DNA of 64,000 bases from Eledone cirrhosa (GCA_964016885.1 OZ024758.1:30690001-30754000); one strand, 5' to 3'. Counted from the first letter of the stretch, positions 42,683 to 61,324 are shown. A program made the numbers and translations. Notes: generated by a model from the sequence alone, not told the origin.

Positions 42683-44052
42683 TAGATGCAGGGGCTATAC
42701 TATAGCACAGCAACTATAAATAGATGCAGGGGCTATACTATAGCACAACAACTATAAATAGATGCAGGGGCTATACTATAGCAGAACAACTATAAATAGA
42801 TGCAGTGGCTATACTATAGCACAACAACTATAAATAGATGCAGGGGCTATACTATAGCACAACAACTATAAATAGATGCAGTGGTTATACTATAGCACAA
42901 CAACTATAAATAGATGCAGGGGCTATACTATAGCACAACAACTATAAATAGATGCAGGGGCTATACTATAGCACAACAACTATAAATAGATGCAGGGGCT
43001 ATACTATAGCACAACAACTATAAATAGATGCAGGGGCTATACTATAGCACAACAACTATAAATAGATGCAGTGACTATACTATAGCACAACAACTATAAA
43101 TAGATGCAGTGGCTATACTATAGCACAACAACTATAAATAGATGCAGGGGCTATACTATAGCACAACAACTATAAATAGATGCAGGGGCTATACTATAGC
43201 ACAACAACTATAAATAGATGCAGGGGCTATACTATAGCACAACAACTATAAATAGATGCAGTGACTATACTATAGCACAACAACTATAAATAGATGCAGG
43301 GGCTATACTATAGCACAACAACTATAAATAGATGCAGGGGCTATACTATAGCACAACAACTATAAATAGATGCAGTGACTATACTATAGCACAACAACTA
43401 TAAATAGATTCAGGGGCTATACTATAGCACAACAACTATCAATAGATGCAGTGACTATACTATAGCACAACAACTATAAATAGATGCAGGGGCTATACTA
43501 TAGCACAACAACTATCAATAGATGCAGTGACTATACTATAGCACAACAACTATAAATAGATGCAGTGGCTATACTATAGCACAACAACTATAAATAGATG
43601 CAGGGGCTATACTATAGCACAACAACTATAAATAGATGCAGGGGCTATACTATAGCACAACAACTATAAATAGATGCAGTGGCTATACTATAGCACAACA
43701 ACGATAAATAGATGCAGGGGCTATACTATAGCACAACAACTATAAATAGATGCAGGGGCTATACTATAGCACAACAACTATAAATAGATGCAGTGGCTAT
43801 ACTATAGCACAACAACTATAAATAGATGCAGGGGCTATACTATAGCACAACAACGATAAATAGATGCAGTGACTATACTATAGCACAACAACTATAAATA
43901 GATGCAGGGGCTATACTATAGCACAACAACTATAAATAGATGCAGGGGCTATACTATAGTACAACAACTCTAAATAGATACAGTGACTATACTATAGCAC
44001 AACAACTATAAATAGATGCAGGGGCTATACTATAGCACAACAACTATAAATA
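42683..44052. repeat. 38 bp minisatellite, about 36 copies
   Basis: Unit tagatgcaggggctatactatagcacaacaactataaa with gggg/gtgg/gtga variants. Confidence 0.95.
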
Positions 44053-44255
44053 CAAATAGGTTGAACACTAACCTGGACCATCTCAAGTTGATTAGAATCG
44101 ATAGAATTCGATAAAAATTTCGATAGGATTGTGGGACCCTTGAAAGCTACACAATTTGCATAATGCACTCATGTGGACTATATATATATATATACATGCT
44201 ACACATACACACCTACACACGCACGAACGCACGCACGCACGCACGCACGCCCGCC

Positions 44256-44314
<59 letters not shown>

Positions 44315-45189
44315 CTGTGAAACGTCAATAATGAAGAACAACAATACGGGAGAATAATACAGAGAAATGATGTTATATTTTGATTTAACGCTTGAGAGGA
44401 AAAATGTCTTAACGTTTCGGACATTAGTCGTTTACCAGAAACAAAATTGAGAGATAGAAAAGGGAAATAGAAAAATAGACGAAAATAAGAAAAGGAAAAC
44501 ACGAAAAAAAATATTTACGGAAGGAAAAACGCACATATAAACATATATACATATATATTCGAAGGCGCGTGGCTGAGTGGTTAGAGAATTCGATTCTCGG
44601 TCGATGCATTATGTTCTTAAGCAAGACACTTTATTTAATAAATGGAAACTATATTTATAAAACTCTATTTACTTTTTTATATATATTTCATGGTACCAAC
44701 ATTTTGGTACGCCCTCATCAGATAAAATTTGTTTTATAAATGATAATAGAGTAGAGTGCTTCGAATCTGTTATAAATAAATTTGTTGAATAACCAACAAA
44801 TTAAATATCTCTTTGCTTATATATATATATATATATATAAGCAAACTATCCGGGTGAAACTTGGATATGTCAATATTTATAAAACAAACTTTGTATTTTA
44901 TCTGATGATAGCATACTAAAGTTTTGGTACCCTTGAAATCTAAACTATAATAAAGGAAGGTCTGCGGGATTGCGTACGGTTTATTTTTTTTATCCCGTTT
45001 GTAAAATAAGTCGCATTACTTTGAATAAATAATGAATGAATATTACATAATTTATCTACTAAATTTCGTGGCTGTTCATTAAATATATTTTGTTTATTTA
45101 AAGATTCACTTCTTTAAAATTTCTGAAATGTCAACACTTCCGGTGGCGATCGCTTAAATAAACGTACTAATTTTCCGTCACTAATTTTC

Positions 45190-45860
45190 TCCTAATGCAA
45201 AACACCCTGATCCACCCACTGATCTCAGACCCATACCTCCACCCAACCCCCACTTGCTCCTTGTGGCTACTGATGCAGATATCATGTCCACCATCAGGTC
45301 CTTCCCAGCTAGCAGCTGCGAAGGTGTTGATGGTCTCTGACCAGGCCACCTCAAGGAGCTGACATCCTCCCTCTCCGCTGAGGCCGGGCGCCGCCTTCTG
45401 AGTGCAATTGTGGCGCTCACCAATAGGCTCATCCATGGTGCCCTCGACCCTTACGCCCGAGGCCTCTTTTTTTCAGCCAGCCTCACCGCTCTCAGGAAGA
45501 AAGAGGGTGGCATACGCCCCATTGCTGTGGGCAATGTCTTCCGGAGGCTGGCTGCCAAGGTGATCTGCAAGGGGTTCTGCTGCACGTCGGGCTGAGGGGG
45601 CCAAACTCCTCAAATACCTGTCGCTCTCCAACAGGTTTGTGGTCGTTCCCCTGGCAGTGGAGACTTCTGGTGTCCTCGGCCCCAGGGCTACCTCCTTATT
45701 CACCACCATAGGCGCTGAGCTGGCCAGCCGCAGCTGTGAGCCCGTGAGTTGGAGTGGCTTTTCCAGCGCGTCTCCCTTGCCGTCCTCCGGAGAAACGCCT
45801 TCTCCATTCTGTCCGACGGGGCTGTGGGTGGGCCCCATCGCGTACCAATACATTAGTTAA
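45190..45860 (+). mobile_element. Internally deleted CRE-like non-LTR retrotransposon fragment (RT N-terminus joined to endonuclease C-terminus)
   Basis: IRSFP..S..GVDGL*P.HLK, LTALRKKEGGIRPIAVGNVFRRLAAK, then K..KY, FVVVPLAVETSG.LG, LFQRVSLAV.R.NA.SIL. Confidence 0.8.
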
Positions 45861-46207
45861 ATACAATTCTTTCATCTGATACAATTAGCTCCATCACGAT
45901 TAAATATATTAGTTATGACATTTATAATATCGTCTTTTTTTAATGTATCATGGATTACGTTACTGATTACAGAAGACAGTGTAACACAGTCTTCGTTCAA
46001 TTTCTGTGTATTATATATTGTCAATTACGATTTTATTTGATGTATAATATCTACATGTATATATACTTGCGTATAATATCAAGATACACACTACACAGGC
46101 TAGCAGAAAACCCGCTGAAGGGTGGTTTTTCTGCTAGTATATATAATAGAATAAATATGGTTTTATAAAGATAGTTTCCATTTATTAATATCATTGATAT
46201 ATATATA

Positions 46208-46333
<126 letters not shown>

Positions 46334-46640
46334 TGTATGTGTGCGTGTGTGGCATTAATGGATATAATAAATTTATATGCATGAATGAATTTATAAGTGA
46401 AATATCGGGGATATTTATGGACGCGTACATTGTTATGTTTGAAAAGATGACATTTATCGGACTATATTTATCTTTATATTTTAAACAGTGTTAATAGAAT
46501 GAGTCACGTGGGCAATGTACACACATGTAATTCTTCTGATGTTATTATATAACGTTTATCGTAAAGGTATATCGTATAAATATATATATATTAGAAGAGT
46601 GAAGTATCTACATATTTTGTATTATATATATATATATATT

Positions 46641-47035
46641 ATGGAGGCACATAGCTTAGTGGTTAGAGCATTGGGCTTGCAATCGAAAGGTTGTGAGTTC
46701 AATTCTCAGACCGGGTGATGTGTTGTTTCCTTGAGCAAGACACTTTATTTCACATTGCTCCAGTTTACTCAGCTGTAGAAATGAGATGATAGGGACTGGG
46801 GTCCATATCATTCCACTGCAAAGTGGTCGTGGAGGTGCCACGGCAAAAAAGCACCCAGCCCACACTGTAAAGTGGACGTGTAGGTGCCACGGAAGAAAAA
46901 GCACCCATTATTCACTGTAAATGAGGTTGGTGTTAGGAAGGGCATCCAGCTGTAGAAATCAAGCCAGAATCAGTTCCCGTCCCACCCTTGCAAGCAGGGA
47001 AAAGTGGACGTAAAATGACGATGAATGATGATATA
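46641..47035 (+). mobile_element. tRNA-derived SINE family B with RTE-like 3' tail (fragments at 44560-44640 and 60745-60860)
   Basis: A box tagcttagtgg, B box gagttcaattc, ccttgagcaagacactt core, gttaggaagggcatccagctgtagaa...tggacgtaaaatgacgatga tail. Confidence 0.75.
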
Positions 47036-47056
47036 TATATATATATATATATATAC

Positions 47057-47550
<494 letters not shown>

Positions 47551-47831
47551 AAAAAAGTCAGGACCCCGACAGCTGAGCTCCGGCCGTTTCTTCAACAGCT
47601 AGCGGAGGATCTAGCTGTCGAAACGACCGGAACTCAGCTGTCGGGGTCCTGACTTTTTTCTTATTACCCACTCTACTACCCTAAGTATTGAGTACTCTGG
47701 TGCGTTATGGTCCACCTGGTTTCTTACCACACTTTCTTTGTTATATATATATATTTATCACGGGTTCAACCGGGATAACGTCTGTAGGTAAGGTAACAAA
47801 AGAGTGAAGCATCTACATATTTTGTATTATG

Positions 47832-47885
<54 letters not shown>

Positions 47886-48445
47886 GGCTGTCCCCAAAAT
47901 CAGTGTCATTAGAATACTCTTGAAATGTGTATACATATTTTGGGGAGACAGAGAGATACAAATATGCCTACAGTACATGTGTGCGTGCATGAGTATTTAG
48001 TGCATATATATATATATATATGTTTATATATATATAGATATATATATAGGTAGATAGATATATAGATAGATATGCCTGCTTCCGCGCACACGTGTTTGTG
48101 AATCTTTGTGTGGGCTTGTTAGACTAAAACTGTTTTTTTTTCTTCTCATAGATCATCAGCAATACATATTTCACCTGTATATATAGGTAAAAATTAGGTA
48201 TTTGTAGGTAGATTTACACACATGTACATGTATGCAGTATATAGAACTTGCTTCTACAGGACTAGAACTGTTTCATTCGAAGGAAATCATCAGGAAAGTC
48301 TATCTCGGATGGAACAGTTCTAGTCCTGTAGAAGCAATTTCTATATTAAATGTTGTTGTATACACTCTACTAAAGTATTGAGTACTTTATTTACTGTGGT
48401 TACCCCCGATTGGACCGACACATACACACACATACACTCACACGC

Positions 48446-48499
<54 letters not shown>

Positions 48500-50532
48500 A
48501 GACACAGACAGACACACACACACACACACTATATATATATATATATATGCACATATACATAATGTGTGTGTGTGTGTGAGGAGGTGTTTGTAACGAAGCT
48601 GTGAGTGAATGAGAAAGTGAGAGACTTGTATGTAGAGAGAGAAGTAAATCTCGTGTAGCAGCGTGTTTATAAACACAGAATCACATGTGAATGAAACAAG
48701 TTGACTGGAGTACGTATAAATAAAGTTTAATACGTAATGGTTTTATCCCCGGCAAAACATTACATATGACATGTGTTAAGTGTTATAGAGCAAGGTCATC
48801 TAAAACTTTTTCTTATTGTTTATTAAGGAAGAAACAAGGCTGGTAGGGGTAAGGTTTAAGGAGGAAGGTGGACCATAGCGCACCAGAGTACTCGATACTT
48901 AGGGTAGTAGAGTGGGTAATAGGAAAAGAGTCAGGACCCCGACAGCTGAGCTCCGGCCGTTTCGACAGCTAGATTCGGTTCAGATCTATCTGTCGAAACG
49001 GCCGGAGCTCAGCCGTCGGGGTCCTGACTCTTTTCCTATTACCCACTCTACTCCCTATATATATATATATATATAACGAAGGATGTGTGGTAAGGAACCA
49101 GATGGACCTTAACGCACCAGAGTACTCAATACTTAGGCTAGTAGAGTGGGTAATAGGAAAATGTATGATCCCGACGGCAGAGCTCAAGCCGTTTCGACGG
49201 CTATTTCTGGACTCCAGAAATGGCCGTCGAAACGGCTTGAGCTCTGCCGTCGGGGCCCTACATTATCCTCTCTCTCTCTATATATATAATACAAACTTAT
49301 AGTAGGTTGGATTCTGCCAAAGATATCCCAAGGACTAGTTAGTAGTTTTAAACCGGGCGATGGATTAAATTTACTAAAAATTAAAGCAATGCTGGATTCG
49401 AAATCCGAACACAAAGGACGAGAAAAAATACTGCAAAGCATCTCATTCCGACACATTAGCAATCCTGTCACTCCACCGCCCGGGACTTGTACTTTATTTT
49501 ATGAAGGACAAAACTGATCTTGGCGGGATTGGAAACCCCACTTCTATACTCTTAATAATCTAGGGAAAGACTTGCATGTAACAATATGTCGTGTCGTTCT
49601 GTAAAACTATAGGGTTTATATGTGCCTATACAACCCGTTAGAAACAGCTGCCAAATCTCATTCAAATATGATTACCGCCATAAAATGCTGTACTAGCTAA
49701 ACTATATGTGAAAAAGGGGGATGGTTACGGCTATTACGTCTTTGATGAAAGGTTTCTTAGATGAGGACCGACCTGAGGCTAATCAAAAACAACAACACTA
49801 AGTATTTGACTTTATACCTACAATAATAACGTCTTTTATATATAAATAGGTCGTTTGTAGAAATTTATAGTCATTAACTTTAAGATTTAATTAACCTACT
49901 GACAAAATTGGTAGAGCGGTTTAGGTGGATGGTAGAGTGGTAGAGTGGAAGAACACAACCCAGTCCATGAATCGAACCCACGATATTATGGTCGTATGTC
50001 CAACACCCTTATCACTAGGCCACGTGCCTCCACTATTACTCTCCTATGTACACTCTTAAAAGTTCAGAAAATCTAATATTTGGCATTAGAAATCCACACT
50101 TCCCATCTCCAAATCACAACATTCAGACTCTACATAACCCCAAAAAGCATCACACAGAAAATACACGATGGTTTCTATAAAAATAAAAACTTTCTATGTA
50201 ACATTATAACTATCAATAATATCATTCTCCCTCCCTATCGACTTATGACAAACTACTCTCTACCTCCCGGAGAAACAGCACCAAACGTAGGCTAGTCAAC
50301 TCCGTGTCAAACTTGTATAAGAACAATAGCGATAGTGTTCCCTTACCCTTTTCAATCTATACTTTAAAGACATTCCCACATCCTTGCTTCATCCTCCAGA
50401 CACTGCACCACAATTACTTCAACCCTACATTACATAGAAACCGGGCTCTACACCAACATACTAACACCTACCAAATCCACGGTCTCCATTCTTACCAGCA
50501 ATACCCCCTCCCCGTTAAGAAAGCAGTATAAA

Positions 50533-52334
50533 CATACCACAGACAGGGCAGGTAAACACACGAGGAGTTCCAAACTACATTTACACCACCCATACCACAG
50601 ACAGGACAGGTAAACATACGAGAGTTCCAAACTACATTCACAACACCCATACCACAGACAAGACAGGTAAACATACGAGGAGTTCCAAACTACATTTACA
50701 CCACCCATACCACAGACAGGACAGGTAAACATACGAGAGTTCCAAACTACATTCACAACACCCATACCACAGACAAGACAGGTAAACATACGAGGAGTTC
50801 CAAACTACATTCACAACACCCATACCACAGACAGGACAGGTAAACATACGAGGAGTTCCAAACTACATTTACAACACCCATACCACAGACAGGACAGGTA
50901 AACATACGAGGAGTTCCAAACTACATTCACAACACCCATACCACAGACAGGACAGGTAAACATACGAGAGTTCCAAACTACATTCACAACACCCATACCA
51001 CAGACAAGACAGGTAAACATACGAGGAGTTCCAAACTACATTCACAACACCCATACCACAGACAGGACAGGTAAACACACGAGGAGTTCCAAACTACATT
51101 CACAACACCCATACCACAGACAGGACAGGTAAACATACGAGGAGTTCCAAACTACATTTACAACACCCATACCACAGACAGGACAGGTAAACATACGAGG
51201 AGTTCCAAACTACATTCACAACACCCATACCACAGACAGGACAGGTAAACATACGAGAGTTCCAAACTACATTCACAACACCCATACCACAGACAAGACA
51301 GGTAAACATACGAGGAGTTCCAAACTACATTCACAACACCCATACCACAGACAGGGCAGGTAAACATACGAGGAGTTCCAAACTACATTTACACCACCCC
51401 CATACCACAGACAGGGCAGGTAAACACACGAGGAGTTCCAAACTACATTTACACCACCCCCATACCACAGACAGGACAGGTAAACATACGAGGAGTTCCA
51501 AACTACATTTAAAACACCCATACCACAGACAGGACAGGTAAACACACGAGGAGTTCCAAACTACATTTACAACACCCATACCACAGACAGGGCAGGTAAA
51601 CATACGAGGAGTTCCAAACTACATTTACACCACCCCCATACCACAGACAGGGCAGGTAAACACACGAGGAGTTCCAAACTACATTTACACCACCCCCATA
51701 CCACAGACAGGACAGGTAAACATACGAGGAGTTCCAAACTACATTTAAAACACCCATACCACAGACAGGACAGGTAAACACACGAGGAGTTCCAAACTAC
51801 ATTTACAACACCCATACCACAGACAGGGCAGGTAAACATACGAGGAGTTCCAAACTACATTTACAACACCCATACCACAGACAGGACAGGTAAACACACG
51901 AGGAGTTCCAAACTACATTTAAAACACCCATACCACAGACAGGACAGGTAAACACACGAGGAGTTCCAAACTACATTTACAACACCCATACCACAGACAG
52001 GGCAGGTAAACATACGAGGAGTTCCAAACTACATTCACAACACCCATACCACAGACAGGACAGGTAAATATACGAGGAGTTCCAAACTACATTCACAACA
52101 CCCATACCACAGACAGGACAGGTAAACACACGAGGAGTTCCAAACTACATTCACAACACCCATACCACAGACAAGACAGGTAAACACACGAGGAGTTCCA
52201 AACTACATTCACAACCCCCATACCACAGACAGGACAGGTAAACACACGAGGAGTTCCAAACTACATTCACAACACCCATACCACAGACAGGACAGGTAAA
52301 CACACGAGGAGTTCCAAACTACATTCACAACACC
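50533..52334. repeat. 58 bp (57-60) minisatellite, about 31 copies
   Basis: Unit cataccacagacaggacaggtaaacatacgaggagttccaaactacattcacaacacc. Confidence 0.95.
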
Positions 52335-52391
52335 TATAGCACAGACATAGCCAAGAAAGCAAAACAATGCACAAACATAATTAAAAGAGTC

Positions 52392-52497
52392 ACAGGTGCC
52401 ACATTTGGCCAACAGGTGCCACATTTGGCCAACAGGTGCCACATTTGGCCAACAGGTGCCACATTTGGCCAACAGGTGCCACATTTGGCCAACAGGT
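52392..52497. repeat. 20 bp perfect tandem repeat, about 5.3 copies
   Basis: Unit acaggtgccacatttggcca. Confidence 0.9.
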
Positions 52498-53549
52498 AGA
52501 AACAACTACACTAGTGTACAAACAATACACGAGATTTATCATAGACAATGTCAGTTCTACCTAGACCTTAATATCTCTAATAAAATACAAAACAAAACAG
52601 CGCAGAACGGAGTTGGCTACCCGCAGGTGCTAGCCCCGCGAGGTGGAGTGGCTGTTTCGGCATGTCATCCCAGCCGTTACCCGGATCAATGTATTCTCCA
52701 TCCTAACGGCTGGGACCAAGAGGCGGAGGGTACTGGTTCGGACGCTACACATATCCACACATACTCAACTATTTACTCAGTAAAGTAGTACAATTGTACA
52801 CAACAGGTTCTACACAGAACACACCGATCACCTATACAACGAAAACAAAAAAAAAAAAATTAAAAAGAAAAGCCCACCTGAACACGACACAACTGTTGAT
52901 GCATCGGTTACGCCACACAAAAAAGCACCTTTAAACACCGAGGCACATATACAAAACTCTAATATATTCACTACTACAACAACGTAATAAAACTCTTTAT
53001 ATCTCAGTCAAGCCGTACAAGCATAAGGACAATACACACAGAGAAACAGCTGCAGCATCAAATAGCTGCGTCTTGTCCCAAACACTGTGTTGGGGTGCAC
53101 GGTGCACACAACCAGCAATAACTTCAGGAACCTCCACACTGTGACTGAGTTCACCTTGCAAATTTCCCATGTGGCCTTCACTAAAAGGTACGGCCGTACA
53201 GAACTAGTGAAGAGAATGTAATATATCTGATAGAATCCTACAGATTATGATCCTTGGTTGGGCAGAGATATGCTATAACTAGGAAGACGGATGTCTGGAT
53301 TGTGTCATGTTGTTTGGCCAACTGTGGGTTATAGGACTGCTGTGTCTGGCCTTTCCTGATGTTAAAGACACCATACACACTGTGTAGTGAAGGGAACTAG
53401 ATTTGTCTTGTAAGGTTCATTGTTTTTTGGGGTGGGTGGGTGTTTTTTGGGGGGTGGGTGTTTTTCAATAAATTAAAATAAAGAAACAAACGTACGGACA
53501 TTCAGAAACACGACAGAAAAGAAGCATACACACACATATATATATCTAT

Positions 53550-54217
<668 letters not shown>

Positions 54218-54377
54218 AAATACTGTCATTGTAATGTAAATGGAATAAATAATCCTTTATATGGCAAGTATATGATGTGATATTTACGAAAATAACGGAA
54301 TCTAAAAGAATACACACACACACACACACACATATATATACATGCACTCATGCACACACACATATATGCACTCATGC

Positions 54378-54409
<32 letters not shown>

Positions 54410-54758
54410 AAACACACACATGTATTCTTTGCATATCTATCTATATATCTATATATATCTATATATATAAATAGATGTTATATGGCTACTTCGATCCTGC
54501 TCCTTATTGTTATTATTATTTTACACAAAAGACACCCACTCTGTACAGTTCTTAACGTTTCCTTAATGTGATCCTTGTGTGGCCAATAACGAAATTATTA
54601 TTATTATTATTATTAACACCTTGATTCTTAAGGATACCGATAGTTGTAAAGGACCCAACATAGAATACCACATCGATAACCGGACACACATATTAGCATT
54701 GAATGCTCGAACTGATGGACCATCAAAAACTAAACAATACACACCAATATACTATGTG

Positions 54759-54836
<78 letters not shown>

Positions 54837-55227
54837 AACACGAGGTATAAGTCAACATTTCATAATTTACTTCTTGTTGGTGTTAAACTAACAAATACTC
54901 TGATTAATATATAAATGTATACCCGAGTACGGGTATAAACTTATGGAACCCATTCACGTGTGCTGTATTGAGAGGCAAATACTTTTGTGTCTACTCTGAG
55001 ATTTTAAAATAATCTTACCTATTGAATACCCTGAGATGCAACTGGTATTAGCAGGGAAACCTTATGCTAGTCCCGTCAACTTATATATATATATATATAT
55101 AGGAACAAGTAAGACCCCGACGGCTGAGCTCAAGCCGTTTCGACGGCTAATTCTGGACTCTACTACTCTAAGTATTGAGTACTTTGGTGCGTTATGGTCC
55201 ACCTGGTTCCTTACCACATTTCCTTCG

Positions 55228-55267
<40 letters not shown>

Positions 55268-55271
<4 letters not shown>

Positions 55272-55449
55272 CAATATAATGAAGATAAACACAGATATAT
55301 ACATAAGCACATATGCGTTCAAATAATAAGGGACCAGATTTGCTAGGGTAGGGTGAATAGGATACTATAGCAAATCTGGTCCCTTATTATTTGAACGCAT
55401 ATGTGCTTATGTATATATCGGTGTTTATCTTTCTTCATTATATTGATTT
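55268..55449. mobile_element. Short fold-back element in (TA)n (about 80 bp inverted arms)
   Basis: 55268-55347 is the reverse complement of 55369-55449; no hammerhead retained. Confidence 0.6.
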
Positions 55450-57496
<2,047 letters not shown>

Positions 57497-57593
57497 AGTT
57501 GATATATTGATTTATATTACACGGCCCGGAAAAATTATTTTCCTTGAGGTATTTTAATTACTTTGAGTTTCTAACACAATATATACTTTTGAA

Positions 57594-57645
<52 letters not shown>

Positions 57646-58884
57646 AGATCAAAAGATGGTTAAAAGAGTTCCAAGTATTTTATTATGCGCATTTCAAAAA
57701 CAAACATCATCATGGGATGATATCTGCGTTCTCATCATATAAAATAGGGAGACATGATATGAAGCTTAAAAAACACTTGTGAATAGTGAAGTTTTAAATC
57801 AACATATCTTTTGGTCTTATATTATTTATACTCCAGTCCTACAAACTGTAGAGTGCTACTTATCCGATATTTGCATTGCTTTATTGTGCTACAATAAAAC
57901 TCACCTCCTACATATATATATATATGTATATATATATTTATTTATTTAATTATGTCTCATATAAAATAATACGAAATACAATATAGTTAGCACCCCAAAC
58001 ATATAATCGGGATTATACTCAGGTATATCCTAATGTTTGTTGAGTGAGATGGGTGTTGGTCGGAGTATCGCTTAAATCTTTCTCTGTTAATGTATTAAAT
58101 ATATATATATATATATATATATGACTACATGTATATTATATATGCATGTATAAATATTGGAAGTGTGTAAACATATTGTGTGTGTATTAAAACAATGCGT
58201 GTGTATTAAAACAATTATAGAGTTTACTGCAAGTGTACGAAAAGTTAGAAGAAAACGCTTCCACTTTTTGTTTTTTGTTATTTGCTCTTCTTTCTCTCAG
58301 ATCCACTCTTTCATTCACTCTTTCATTTTTCACTCACTTTTCTCACTTCTCTCCCATTAAATAGAACTCTTTTGTTTTGTCCATAATTAATTAAAGTACA
58401 TACCCTCATAGTGCTGGCATTGAAGAATAGAGCAGCTCCAAGAAGGAAGAATAACGTCAATTTACTTGTAGTCCACATGTCCAAATTACACACGGTAGAA
58501 TCTCTCTCTTTCTTTCCCTCTCTCTCTCACACTCTAATGAGGCTAAAACATCTGGAAGACCTTGTATATCTGTGAAGTATATATTGATAGTATGTCCTCT
58601 TCTTTCTCAGTTCTCTCTCTCTCTCTTTTTTACTGTTTAACAGAAGAAACAAATCAACCGCTTTTCCCTGTTCGCCGAAACTTCTAGTATAATACGCATT
58701 CTTTTATAATTGGATCAACTTAACTTGCACCAAACTAAAGGTATTAGAAAATATACTCCCCCTTCCACTCACTGCTCCATACTATTAATGTATATAGCGC
58801 TCCCCCCTCTCTCTTTCTTCCCCCCTCTCTCTTTCTTTCACATGCATATGCATGCTTATGTTTGCATTTGCAAGTGTGTGCATG

Positions 58885-58917
<33 letters not shown>

Positions 58918-59064
58918 GTATGTATGTATGTATGTATTGTATGTATGTATGTATGTATATATATATAATATATATTTCTATCTCTCTCTCACTATATATA
59001 TATATTTCTCTCTCACTATATATATATATATGTATATATATCTATATATATATTTCTCTCTCTC

Positions 59065-59136
<72 letters not shown>

Positions 59137-59137
<1 letters not shown>

Positions 59138-60006
59138 TGTGTCCTTGTCTGTTTGTGTGTGTGTACGTGTGTGCATTTGTCCGCGTGTGTGTGTGTGTGT
59201 GTGCATGTGTGTACCTGTGTCCATGTGTGTGTGTGCATGTGTGTACCTGTGTGTGTGCCTGTGTCTGTGTGTGTCCGTGTGTCTGTCTGTGTGTGTCTGT
59301 GTGTCTGTGTGTGTGTGTCCGTGTGTCTGAGTGTGTGTTTGTGTGTGTTTCTGTGTCTGTGTGTCCGTGTGTGTGTGTGTCCGCGTGTCTGTGTGTGTGT
59401 GTGTCCGTGTGTCTGTGTGTCCGCGTGTGTGTGTGGAGGTCTGTGTGTGTGTGTCCGTGTGTCTATGTGTCCGTGTGTGTGTGTAGGTCCGCGTGTCTAT
59501 GTGTGTGTGTATGTGTCCCTGTGTGTGTGTGTGTGTGTCTGTGTGTGTGTGTGTCTGTATGTGTCCCTGTGTGTGTCTGTGTGTCTGTATGTATGTGTCC
59601 CTGTGTGTGTGTGTGTGTGTCTGTGTGTCTGCCTGTATGTGTCCCTGTGTGTGTATGTGTCCCTGTGTGTGTGTCTGTGTCCCCCTGTGTGTGTGTGTGT
59701 CTCTGTATGTGTGTGTGTGTCTGTGTGTGTCCGTGTCCCTGTGTGTGTGTGTGTCCCTGTGTATGTGTGTGTCCCTGTATGTGTGTGTCCCCCTGTGTGT
59801 GTGTGTGTCCCTGTCTGTCTGTCTGTGTGTCTGTCTCTATGTAAGTCTCTCTGCCCCCCCCCCCCATCATCTAAATCCCATTTCTCTCCAGTTTCTTCTT
59901 TTATCTTAATTCCATTCCTCTCTTATTCCCACTACTTGTAATAGTAGTTGTAGTGGTGGTAGTAGTAGTAGTTGTAGTGGTGGTAGTAGTAGTAGTTGTA
60001 GTGGTG

Positions 60007-60038
<32 letters not shown>

Positions 60039-60045
60039 GGTGGTG

Positions 60046-60077
<32 letters not shown>

Positions 60078-60360
60078 TGTAGTAGTAGTAGTTGTAGTGG
60101 TATTGTTGGTGGTAGTAGTTGTAGTGGTATTGTTGGTGGTAGTAGTGGTGGTGGTGGTAGTGGTGGTGGTAGTAGTGGTGGTGGTAGTAGTGGTGGTGGT
60201 AGTAGTGGTGGTGGTAGTGGTCGTAGATGTAGTAGTAGTAGTGGTGGTCGTAGTAGTAGTAGTGGTGGTCGTAGTAGTAATAGTGGTAGTGGTAGTAGGT
60301 GTAGTAGTAGTGGTAGTGGTGGTAGTGGTGGTGGTAGTAGTAGTGGTAGTGGTGGTAGTC
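59137..60360. repeat. Degenerate (TG)n tract (59137-59845) and (TAG/TGG)n tract (59940-60360)
   Basis: Direct reading. Confidence 0.9.
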
Positions 60361-61154
60361 TAAGTCGTGGCTGTTGTTGTTGTTATGCTCCACCTTCTTT
60401 TCATTAGCTTTCCTTTTATTTTACTCACCTTACTCTTCATTCTCTTCTCCAGCCTCAGTTATCCTTTTTACTGCCTTAACTCCCTCCCCATCGCTTCTGC
60501 TTCCCCCCTCCTTCATCTTCCCCCAATTGCTTCCATATCGCCCCGCCCCCTTCATCCTCCCCTAATTGCTTCCATATCGCCACCCCGCCGCCTTCATCCT
60601 CGCCCCCATTTGCTTCCATTTCGTTCGTTCGATTTCACATACATCAACCAAACCAACGAGGCGCGAACGAACGAACTGCTCCTATACATCAAACACTGGA
60701 AAGAAAGACATGCAGTAAGTCTGTGAATGACATGCTTCACCACTGAAGCCGCGTGGCTTAGTAGTTAAAGTGTTCGACACACAGCCGAATGGTTGTGAGT
60801 TCGATTCCCTACTGAATTTTATGTTGCTCCACTCAGCTGGCAGAAATGAAATAGCAGCTATATTTCAAAAGTTCTAAGCTTGCCATACATTGCGTCACAC
60901 ATTGCCATACATTGCTAAACAACCCCTTGAGGATTACGTTAAGGGAATACATCTGTATAGAATGCTCGGGCACTTGCATCTTGATTTGACAAGTAGTTAT
61001 ACACGTTGATTGAGTTGTGGATAAAGGAAGACAGCATGTAGAATCGGCTTACAGACAAAAGAAGAATTATAAACGAACACCGGAGTTTTCAGAATAAAGT
61101 CCGAAACACTGAAAACACACACACGTACACAATAAAACACTTAAATATACAGTT

Positions 61155-61199
<45 letters not shown>

Positions 61200-61220
61200 T
61201 TCTCTCTCTCTCTCTCGCTT

Positions 61221-61263
<43 letters not shown>

Positions 61264-61273
61264 GCTGTCTCTC

Positions 61274-61324
<51 letters not shown>

